IMG/VR virus record: IMGVR_UViG_3300031712_000052 | Coordinates: 94,666-133,510 of that record | Source of the DNA: a virus | Lineage: Duplodnaviria; Heunggongvirae; Uroviricota; Caudoviricetes | DNA: 38,845 bases | Reading direction: 5' to 3' (one strand) | Part shown: positions 31,626-38,845 of the stretch, piece by piece | Position numbering within the stretch: the stretch's first letter is position 1 | Layout of the letters: the number at the start of each line of letters is the position of its first letter | The notes under the pieces: model-generated | What the model saw: the letters and a program-made list of their open reading frames with translations, nothing else | What the model was told of the DNA's origin: nothing | Databases searched by the model: none | Translations under genes and position numbers: made by a program

Positions 31626-32311
31626 TCCAGTTCGTTTGCCCCAATTGCCCTACTGGCTATCAGATATCAGGCAACTGGTTTAAGATCCAGGAGTTACTAG
31701 TAGCCCACCCCAGGTGGAAGGATCATGATAAGGAGTGCCCATTATGTGGCGGGGTATTGCTACTGCAATCTCCGAAGATAGCTGCAGATCGTGAGTGGAG
31801 GCGTCTCAATGTAGATGAGTTCTTCAGGGCTCTGTGTGGCTTTGGTCTGCCAGATGAGCTTGGCTGTGCTCCTGAAGTTGTGTCTGCTTTGATACGGGCT
31901 AATCCTATTATCGGTATAGACATGGCCGAAGCTGGCGGAGATCGAACTGCAGTCTACTCGATCATTCTTAGTAACGACCTGAAGTTGCATTTGGTGTCTT
32001 CTCCAGAAGGCCCATGCATTTACAAGATTACGAGGTCTCAGCATGGAAACAGTGATAGCAGTCATCTACCGAAGGAAACCACAGACGTCGTTATTCAACG
32101 CCCACATCAGGGAGTACCAGCTACAAGAGAAGAAATTGGTCCTAGTGCGGGAGCTGGTAATGCTAGTTCAGACATCAATGCAGAAGGTGTTGGAGGAGCT
32201 ACACCACCAGGTAAAACCCTACAAGCATGCCCAGATATGGATGCAAGCAGTACCATGGGAGCCACAGCCGGAGGGGGCTCGAACTCCACCAGTACACAGA
32301 CTACCCCCTGA
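31622..32311 (+). CDS. Zn-ribbon hypothetical protein
   Basis: CPNC, CPLC; low-complexity tail overlaps next gene. Confidence 0.6.
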   Translation: MIQFVCPNCPTGYQISGNWFKIQELLVAHPRWKDHDKECPLCGGVLLLQSPKIAADREWRRLNVDEFFRALCGFGLPDELGCAPEVVSALIRANPIIGIDMAEAGGDRTAVYSIILSNDLKLHLVSSPEGPCIYKITRSQHGNSDSSHLPKETTDVVIQRPHQGVPATREEIGPSAGAGNASSDINAEGVGGATPPGKTLQACPDMDASSTMGATAGGGSNSTSTQTTP

Positions 32312-32408
32312 CATGTGTGGCTTGATAAGAAGTAATCTGCCTGCGGCAATTGAGGCTTTCGCACCGATCCAGTTCCCAGTACCACAACCAAAACAACAGG
32401 AGAGTTAG
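32043..32408 (+). CDS. hypothetical protein
   Basis: 121 aa, SD GAGGT. Confidence 0.5.
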   Translation: METVIAVIYRRKPQTSLFNAHIREYQLQEKKLVLVRELVMLVQTSMQKVLEELHHQVKPYKHAQIWMQAVPWEPQPEGARTPPVHRLPPDMCGLIRSNLPAAIEAFAPIQFPVPQPKQQES

Positions 32409-32412
32409 AATC

Positions 32413-32730
32413 ATGGCCAATACACGCAATCGTCTACCCCCAGAACCGGAACCACAGGATTACAAGAGCATCGGCAAGGTGGCACAACTCGAGCTATTCC
32501 TTGTGGGCAATGTCACTGATGGAGAGGGAAAGACTGCACCCTCCAGAATTGTTCTCCGTATTCGTGGGGACAAGAAATTCTATTTTCCATTCCCACCAGG
32601 AACAGAGCAGTCCATGAAGACCGCTAGTCCTTGGCTTCAGAAGGCACTCGAGGATGCCATTGATGGTAGGTCAGGGGATGCAGGTCCTGATGACCTTGGT
32701 AGTGCAGTGCCAACCGGGAGCCCGACATAA
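32413..32730 (+). CDS. hypothetical protein
   Basis: SD AGGAG, ATG 32413. Confidence 0.58.
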   Translation: MANTRNRLPPEPEPQDYKSIGKVAQLELFLVGNVTDGEGKTAPSRIVLRIRGDKKFYFPFPPGTEQSMKTASPWLQKALEDAIDGRSGDAGPDDLGSAVPTGSPT

Positions 32731-32732
32731 TC

Positions 32733-33071
32733 ATGAGATTACTTCACGACAACATTCTGATCAAATTGGACCCTGAGAAGGACACCATAGGGTCTGGCCT
32801 GCTCATCAAGCCACAGAATGTCCACGAGCATGTGCTCCGGACAGCTGAGGTTGTGCAAGTAGGACCAGGTCAGTGGGCCAAGAGGGCTGCTGTACGTATC
32901 CCTGTGGGTGTGGAGGTCGGAGATGGGGTGGTGTTCGTCAAGTTTGTAGCTACCCATACAGAAACTGCCAAGTCTATCCAGAAGGCGGTTGGGCTAGATC
33001 ACGCCATCATCAAACCTGAAGACGTGCTTTTGATCTACGACAGAGCAGAGCCTCCGGAGATCAATCAGTGA
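32733..33071 (+). CDS. groES: co-chaperonin GroES-like protein
   Basis: LLHDNILIK, SGLLI mobile loop, AEVVQVGPG, VEVGDGVVF, IKPEDVL. Confidence 0.82.
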   Translation: MRLLHDNILIKLDPEKDTIGSGLLIKPQNVHEHVLRTAEVVQVGPGQWAKRAAVRIPVGVEVGDGVVFVKFVATHTETAKSIQKAVGLDHAIIKPEDVLLIYDRAEPPEINQ

Positions 33072-33376
33072 GGGTAGTGTACTTAGAAGAGGCAACTGGA
33101 ACGGTTGTCTTGAACTTCATGTTTCTTCCTACATTCATAGGGCAGAACCCTATTGTCCAGAAGGAGCTGAAGAGGGAGATGAATGCCCTATTTGTGGGAA
33201 GACCTGCAACACCAGCACTTATGGATGAGATTCACCACTGGATCATACAGTGGCTGCATGGCAAGTTCCAGATAACCGGCCTAGACAAATATCTACAGGC
33301 AATAGAAGAGGTGCAAGATGCTGATACTACAGCTGGCCGACGTGACGAGTTGGCCAATCAAAGGCCCAATAGGTAA
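33068..33376 (+). CDS. hypothetical protein
   Basis: 102 aa, GTG start coupled to groES stop. Confidence 0.55.
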   Translation: MRVVYLEEATGTVVLNFMFLPTFIGQNPIVQKELKREMNALFVGRPATPALMDEIHHWIIQWLHGKFQITGLDKYLQAIEEVQDADTTAGRRDELANQRPNR

Positions 33377-34007
33377 TGTGTACAACGGTGTGTTGCCCGC
33401 ACGTATGAAGTATGTTCACCCGTCCGTTGTGAATGGACTACGGGCCATTACTACAGACAACAAGTACAACATCGCAATGTCGGACATGTTTAGATCTCCA
33501 GCATCCAGCCTGGCGGCTAGACAACTGAAGAAAGGTGTGCAACGTCCAGGATTCAGTGGGCACAACTACGGCATATCCATAGATATTGACATAGATCAGT
33601 CAGTCAAGTTGATGGGTATGTCCTACCCAGACCTGGTGAGGTGGATGGCTGTGAAGGGGTGGACTTGCTATCGGTCGGACTATCAGTTGGGTCCAGAAGC
33701 TTGGCACTTCAACTACCTAAATATGGGTCCTGTTCCTCCACCACGGTCGGATGGGCCTATTCAGTGGATTACAACTACGTACGGCGCACAAATGACTGGG
33801 GATGAGCGGTGGGTGCAGACCTGTCTGCAGCAGCTGAAGTTGTATGATGGCGACATAGATGGGCAGTTTGGTCCGCACTCTCAGGCCGCTCTGAAGCAGT
33901 TTGAGTTGATGTATCAGCTGCCACCTACTGGTGTAATAGACCAGATCAATTGTTGGTCTTTGGCTATAGCCACTTGTACCAAGAATACCACTCCCGTAGC
34001 TCCCTAG
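33318..34007 (+). CDS. endolysin: M15-type peptidase + peptidoglycan-binding domain
   Basis: FRS, SGHNYGISID, EAWHF Zn-peptidase motifs; DIDGQFGPHSQAALKQFE. Confidence 0.82.
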   Translation: MLILQLADVTSWPIKGPIGNVYNGVLPARMKYVHPSVVNGLRAITTDNKYNIAMSDMFRSPASSLAARQLKKGVQRPGFSGHNYGISIDIDIDQSVKLMGMSYPDLVRWMAVKGWTCYRSDYQLGPEAWHFNYLNMGPVPPPRSDGPIQWITTTYGAQMTGDERWVQTCLQQLKLYDGDIDGQFGPHSQAALKQFELMYQLPPTGVIDQINCWSLAIATCTKNTTPVAP

Positions 34008-34013
34008 TGCTCA

Positions 34014-34190
34014 ATGGCTAATGTAAACGTACGTACCCGCCTAGACCTAAAGATCGAACAAGATCTGAAGAACTGGGTAGTGGCCTATGCCAAAAGAAAG
34101 CAAACTACAGTCACCAGTTTGGTGTGTAGGTACTTCACAGAGTTGAAGGCTGAAGAAGAGAGATTGTCGGAGATTGTGGAGCAGATATGA
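34014..34190 (+). CDS. ribbon-helix-helix-like small DNA-binding protein
   Basis: Manual translation MANVNVRTRLDLKIEQDLKNWVVAYAKRKQTTVTSLVCRYF...; 58 aa, ATGA-coupled. Confidence 0.58.
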   Translation: MANVNVRTRLDLKIEQDLKNWVVAYAKRKQTTVTSLVCRYFTELKAEEERLSEIVEQI

Positions 34191-34816
34191 CCGGCTTAGG
34201 CCAAACTCAGACCATTCAGACTGTCTCGTTGCAGGCAGAACTACCGTCGTCTGTCGATGGGATAGTTGAGAAGGTTCGTGAGATATTGAGCCGTGGGAAT
34301 GTGCAAGAGATAGTAATTAGGGACGGACAGCCCATCACCTACCAGAAGTTGGTGGTACCTGGAGAAGAAGTCACACCGCTGGAGGAGTTGACAACAGGGG
34401 TTAGCCTGAATGACATGGCTAGAAACATAGACATGGAGGAGTTCAATCTGACGGAGCAGGGCCTTGAGAAGGCTACCCCTCAAACGATCTTCTTTTGGAT
34501 GTACTTCTTCTTGGAGTACGAAGGATGGGTCCCTACCCACCTGCTGGTTAGTAAAGATAGTCAGTTCTGGCCCTGGGCGGGTCTTCCACGTAGACATGGC
34601 CGAAAGTGTGGTGTGTTCTTGAATCTGGAGGTTCATAGGGATGAGGTGGTGCCATCTAACGTGGCCATCTTGTTCGGGTCTACACATAAGCATGCAGCAG
34701 TAGAAGAGGTAAAGTACGCCTTGAAGGTCACAACGGAGGCATTGATCAATGAAAGAACTCACAAAGAAGCTACTGGAAGCGGGAGTAATCCCAGCACAGT
34801 CGGTAGCTCTACTTAG
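34187..34816 (+). CDS. hypothetical protein
   Basis: 209 aa. Confidence 0.65.
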   Translation: MTGLGQTQTIQTVSLQAELPSSVDGIVEKVREILSRGNVQEIVIRDGQPITYQKLVVPGEEVTPLEELTTGVSLNDMARNIDMEEFNLTEQGLEKATPQTIFFWMYFFLEYEGWVPTHLLVSKDSQFWPWAGLPRRHGRKCGVFLNLEVHRDEVVPSNVAILFGSTHKHAAVEEVKYALKVTTEALINERTHKEATGSGSNPSTVGSST

Positions 34817-35234
34817 GAAGTGGCAAGCTCTTCCGGACGATATGCCGGATGATATGAAGCTGGCACAGACTCAAGAGGAGCTTCTGAAGATTGTGGATGA
34901 GTTGGCTGGTACGCTAGAAAGAGAAGATGAGATGCCAGAGCTACGGGAGATAGATCTAGACATAGGCTACGCTTTGAAAAACACAGCCGATGCTAGTATT
35001 ACCGTCAACGCTGGCTTACACCAGAACTTGAACTGTAGGTGTAGATTAGGGGAGACTAGAGATCATAAGCTCGTGTATGTGATTTCTAACCCACTCAGGG
35101 ATGCAGTCTTTGCCCGGCGGGGGAACACAATCACCTTACCTTGGGGGCAGTGTGTGATCACAAGTGTGGAGCCCAGATATCAGGACAAGGAACTCAAGTA
35201 CTACGTTATGGAAGTGGAGGCATCAGATGCCTAA
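34749..35234 (+). CDS. hypothetical protein
   Basis: 161 aa, SD GGAGG. Confidence 0.62.
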   Translation: MKELTKKLLEAGVIPAQSVALLRKWQALPDDMPDDMKLAQTQEELLKIVDELAGTLEREDEMPELREIDLDIGYALKNTADASITVNAGLHQNLNCRCRLGETRDHKLVYVISNPLRDAVFARRGNTITLPWGQCVITSVEPRYQDKELKYYVMEVEASDA

Positions 35235-35565
35235 GTGTATGAACTGTGGTGAAAATTACCCAGCAGTGTATCTGCGTCAGGTACAAGAGAAGATTGTGTG
35301 TGGTGAGTGTGAACAGGTAGTCCGCCTTCGAAAACTGGCAATAGTAAAGGAGAGTCCAATGGCCGAATCAAAGAGACATCTGGTAGCGTCTATCAATGTA
35401 TTTGAGATCGAAACTGCAGATGGTGGTAGAGACCATCTGGCTGAGGTGCAGGTTGGTGTAGGTGGCCTCAATGTGAAGTTTGATGCTACGTTTGATCAAA
35501 TTCGTGACTTCTTTACCAAGCGCCGAGAGCAGCATACGACGGCAAAGGCTAAGCTGGTATCATGA
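35227..35565 (+). CDS. hypothetical protein with CxxC pairs
   Basis: SD GGAGG, ATG 35227. Confidence 0.55.
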   Translation: MPKCMNCGENYPAVYLRQVQEKIVCGECEQVVRLRKLAIVKESPMAESKRHLVASINVFEIETADGGRDHLAEVQVGVGGLNVKFDATFDQIRDFFTKRREQHTTAKAKLVS

Positions 35566-36299
35566 GTAGTGATTCCTGGGTAGATCTCTTGGAGGGATTC
35601 CCCTCGGCTGGGCAGAGCTCTATCCAGGGAGAACACATACCAAGCATAGATCTAATCAAGAAGAGGCTGGCGAAGTGTCTGGTTTTATCAAATGAGCAAC
35701 ATCCTAGAGAGGGTGCAGTACAGGCAGTAGCCATGCTCGTTAGAAGGACAGCACTGCAATACGGTAAAGAAGCTGCAGCTGCAGTACTGGATGAACTCTT
35801 CAACAGTCATCCAGTGCTATTACTACATGAAGGAGAAGAAGTGCATGGTAATTACAAAGATGGAAGCAATCCAACTCCACACAATGACGACTGTGGAGGT
35901 GATAAACACCTATACGACAACTCTGAAGGGTCTGGTGGATTCGGGTCTCCTGGTCCTGGAGAAGGATTTGCTCAAAGACCTACAGAGGGAGCTCAAGTTC
36001 TTGCGCTTCCTACGAGAAAATCAAGAGACGGCATTTCGCGTAGACACGTAGAGCTGGAGCTGGAAGAGCATGAGCTGGACTTGAGAGCCTTCTCTGCAGC
36101 CTACAGTAAGATCCATCAGAGGGTGATGGATGTGAAGGATGGAGGTCGCTTGATGACCCTAGTCAACTGGTCTGGTACTTCAGCCGTTATGGGTTCACTA
36201 GAACTTGCTACGCACGCTATGGAGAGAACTATAGAAGAGCTTCGAGACATCCTGAAGCGTATGGATGCTGGAGCAATCGTGAACAGTGATGAGGAGTAG
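35562..36299 (+). CDS. hypothetical protein
   Basis: 245 aa; central part G/P/S-rich and dual-coding. Confidence 0.5.
   Translation: MSSDSWVDLLEGFPSAGQSSIQGEHIPSIDLIKKRLAKCLVLSNEQHPREGAVQAVAMLVRRTALQYGKEAAAAVLDELFNSHPVLLLHEGEEVHGNYKDGSNPTPHNDDCGGDKHLYDNSEGSGGFGSPGPGEGFAQRPTEGAQVLALPTRKSRDGISRRHVELELEEHELDLRAFSAAYSKIHQRVMDVKDGGRLMTLVNWSGTSAVMGSLELATHAMERTIEELRDILKRMDAGAIVNSDEE
35845..36051 (+). CDS. nested +1 frame ORF
   Basis: SD AGGAG 9 nt before ATG, amphipathic helical sequence. Confidence 0.4.
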   Translation: MVITKMEAIQLHTMTTVEVINTYTTTLKGLVDSGLLVLEKDLLKDLQRELKFLRFLRENQETAFRVDT

Positions 36300-36301
36300 T
36301 T

Positions 36302-36778
36302 ATGGCTACCAATGCTGAGAGACTTGCTATGGCTGTAGAAGCTAGTGGCTTTGCAACAGTGATCAAAAAGACAGAGCCATCAGGCTCTGTTCGATTGCTG
36401 TGTAGGGTGTCTGACAAGAGGGTTTGGTGTGCGCTATTGGAGTATGTACTGGGCCGGAAGAAGGATTGGACCGAGCATGTGTGTCAGCAGTACTTCATGA
36501 ACGATGGCAAGCTTGTTTACGGCTGGAATTTCATTCTGAATGCAGAGGATGTAGATGCTGCTGTGGCTAATGCTTGCAAGCTATTTGATGCTGCCACAGT
36601 TTTCACTACTACCACCAAACCAAGGAAGAGGACTCGAGGTCCTGTAGACGAAGTACCGCTAGTAGGGGCCAGCCCAAACAGAAATGCGAAGGGATCATTT
36701 GATCCAAGACTTCCTGGTCCCTCTAGGGGTGGTCCAAGCCACAAAGGTGCATACACTGTAACGGAGGGTGGCCGATGA
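36302..36778 (+). CDS. hypothetical protein
   Basis: 158 aa, SD GAGGAG. Confidence 0.65.
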   Translation: MATNAERLAMAVEASGFATVIKKTEPSGSVRLLCRVSDKRVWCALLEYVLGRKKDWTEHVCQQYFMNDGKLVYGWNFILNAEDVDAAVANACKLFDAATVFTTTTKPRKRTRGPVDEVPLVGASPNRNAKGSFDPRLPGPSRGGPSHKGAYTVTEGGR

Positions 36779-37482
36779 CTGATTTCTTTGGGCCGAAAGA
36801 GAGTCAAGCGCTCAGGGAGCGCTTGGGGGAACAAGACCTAGGGAAGCTGAATGAGAAAGAGGAGCATGCCATCAAGGAGAGGATGGCTGCTACAGACAAG
36901 TTCTTCAATGATCAAGTTAGGGCCAAGTACAAACTAGAGGTACAGTTCTACGAAAAGCGCTCTACCATAGAGCCATTTGCGGGCGTCATGTCCTTTCTAC
37001 TCAACGGCAACCGTCTACACGGTGGCGGTGATAGCAAGGTCTATCTTTGCCCAGTAGATAGCTGCTATGGGGTAATAGACCCAACAGACTGTCAGCTGGT
37101 TGATCTAGATGCTAATGCACTCACCCCAGACCTATCCAAGATACCGCTCAAAGTGGTATGCCCCAAGTGCAGGAACATTTCACTCTCTTCGAATCTGTGG
37201 GGAGAGCGGCTATTGAGGTTGAACACGCAGGGGTGGGCTAGGGCTCTGTGCAACAACTTTCGATATCTGGGCAGCAGTGCCGATATACGTCTGGTATTCC
37301 ATCATGCTGATCTACACGCCCACACCCAGTCTGAAATGAACCGTGGGGCGAATGGTTCTATCATCATAGAGGCACGGCGAAGAAGGCAGAAGGCAGTGTA
37401 CCCCCTAAAAAACATACTCAAAGACACAGCGCATGGGGCAGATCTATATGGTAGATTCCTATCGTTCGTAAGAGAGGGCTAA
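36775..37482 (+). CDS. hypothetical protein with Zn-binding Cys pairs
   Basis: CPVDSC, CPKC; ATGA coupling. Confidence 0.68.
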   Translation: MTDFFGPKESQALRERLGEQDLGKLNEKEEHAIKERMAATDKFFNDQVRAKYKLEVQFYEKRSTIEPFAGVMSFLLNGNRLHGGGDSKVYLCPVDSCYGVIDPTDCQLVDLDANALTPDLSKIPLKVVCPKCRNISLSSNLWGERLLRLNTQGWARALCNNFRYLGSSADIRLVFHHADLHAHTQSEMNRGANGSIIIEARRRRQKAVYPLKNILKDTAHGADLYGRFLSFVREG

Positions 37483-37635
37483 AAAATGCAACCGTGCTGT
37501 CGAATACTGCCTCCAGCCCTCGCTGCATACCTCGACTTGCTGGATTTCAACCTGCATCTCTCTGACGGAGATTCTCTTGGCCTGGCGGTCTGAGCGACTT
37601 CGTTAGTCTACAATCGAGATCAAAGGACTTATACC

Positions 37636-38025
37636 ATGGACTTGCCAACATTTGCAACCTTCCACGATAAGATGAAGGAACGAGATCTATTGCTCCAGAA
37701 GATGGCTGTGTGGCAAGAGCTACATGAGCATCTGCTGAAGTTCCTAGATACGGATGCTACTCCTACCAAGCTTGGGATACGGTCCAAGGGAGAGTCCTTG
37801 ACAGTTTCCCAGTCGATTATTACTGTAGTCAGGTCTCATATAGAGATTGAGATAGGCCGATTGGACACCGAGATCGAGAACATCAACAAAGCAAAGGTGG
37901 CTGAGAATGAAACCAAACGCGAGAATCCGACAGCTCCGAAAGCAGAAGGCACTCCAGAGGCGGGGAATCCGAAAGGAAAAGGAGGGGGAAGAAAGCCCTC
38001 AAAACCCGTTCCAGCAGCTAGTTGA
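37636..38025 (+). CDS. hypothetical protein
   Basis: 129 aa, SD AAAGGA. Confidence 0.6.
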   Translation: MDLPTFATFHDKMKERDLLLQKMAVWQELHEHLLKFLDTDATPTKLGIRSKGESLTVSQSIITVVRSHIEIEIGRLDTEIENINKAKVAENETKRENPTAPKAEGTPEAGNPKGKGGGRKPSKPVPAAS

Positions 38026-38707
38026 TTTCGTCAACAAGATGCATGCAGAGTTGGCGAAGCTTAGCCAGGATGTACAAAATGCAATAGGGCAACTGTACCA
38101 GAACGATCAGAATGTCAAAGCCGGTCTGGATGCTGCCGAGTTCAATCTTCGAGCACACCAAAAGGTAATCAATGCTGTCGCTGTGGATATGCTGGACTAC
38201 GTAATCAACAAAGATCCTGTATTCCAGTTGCCCACTAGGATCAACACAGTCACGGTGGAAGTGCCTATGACAGAGTCTGAACCGGCCCATAAGAGTGTCA
38301 GTGTGGACTGGCCAAAGTACCACGGTTATGTGGAAGCCGAAATGAAGGCGATGGCGGAAGAGGCACGAAAAGTAGACCTAGCAAAGCGCACAGAGCAAGT
38401 GAGAGATCTGGAAGACAGTGGCAAGTTGCAGAAGTTCAAGGACCACATCTTCGAGACAATCGAACAAACTGAGGAAGATAAAGAAGCACGCAAAGCTAGA
38501 GCTAACGCCTTCTTCAATGATGTCTACGGACAGATTGCTCTGGTCAAAGCGGGTAAAGAGTACAGCGGGCCAAAACTGGATGTACTACTGCACATGATCG
38601 AAGCAGAGGAAAAGCGTACTGCAGGTACACCAACTCCACAGGAGGAGATTGGCACACTGACAGAACCACCTGAGACGGATGAAGACACCCACGAGTTCGG
38701 AGGTTGA
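37907..38707 (+). CDS. hypothetical coiled-coil protein
   Basis: 266 aa. Confidence 0.65.
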   Translation: MKPNARIRQLRKQKALQRRGIRKEKEGEESPQNPFQQLVDFVNKMHAELAKLSQDVQNAIGQLYQNDQNVKAGLDAAEFNLRAHQKVINAVAVDMLDYVINKDPVFQLPTRINTVTVEVPMTESEPAHKSVSVDWPKYHGYVEAEMKAMAEEARKVDLAKRTEQVRDLEDSGKLQKFKDHIFETIEQTEEDKEARKARANAFFNDVYGQIALVKAGKEYSGPKLDVLLHMIEAEEKRTAGTPTPQEEIGTLTEPPETDEDTHEFGG

Positions 38708-38710
38708 TCA

Positions 38711-38845
38711 ATGCAAAAAGCCATTACAGGACAAAAGAAAAAAACGGTGATCAGTCACGCGGACCATCCAGCTGCTCATCGTAAGGTCCGTTGTCCACAC
38801 TGTAGTGGCTATGCAGTGGGTACGGCCCACAACGATAAGCAGTTT
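38711..38845 (+). CDS. partial ORF running off the window
   Basis: SD GGAGG, ATG 38711, CPHC. Confidence 0.45.
   Translation, partial: MQKAITGQKKKTVISHADHPAAHRKVRCPHCSGYAVGTAHNDKQF

Noticed and set aside
24877-38025. Long same-strand overlaps (SLT/tmk 263 nt, 31622/32043 269 nt, 37636/37907 119 nt, others)
   Set aside because: These have the downstream ATG in the +1 phase, where no stop can overlap the start, and the run-on tails are low complexity; simple read-through explains them

Overview
The window looks like part of a large (jumbo-like) tailed phage genome: dense hypothetical ORFs, an endolysin, a lone GroES, a sigma factor, a tail-chaperone-like frameshift pair and no bacterial housekeeping synteny. 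Bases 416-14969 are a giant + strand tRNA array with 39 cloverleafs read by eye plus one split tRNA. It is interspersed with HNH endonucleases, a radical SAM pair, a sigma factor, a Pth2-like frame missed by the ORF track, an internally deleted RtcB remnant and about ten closed, multi-stem inter-tRNA RNAs of unknown family. The best signal is at 1119-3362: five tandem RNAs sharing a bipartite motif (GYAGTGA-N3-stem-WTACTTC ... stem'-NAAW-YRRTCTC) with covarying stems, directly upstream of a Ro60/TROVE (Rsr) gene. Two of the five carry circularly permuted tRNA domains, so this reads as a phage-encoded Y RNA array plus Ro60. Bases 15.6-38.8 kb hold mostly + strand proteins for lysis, nucleotide/DNA metabolism and probable virion assembly. 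All structures and protein families were assigned by inspection; no searches were run.
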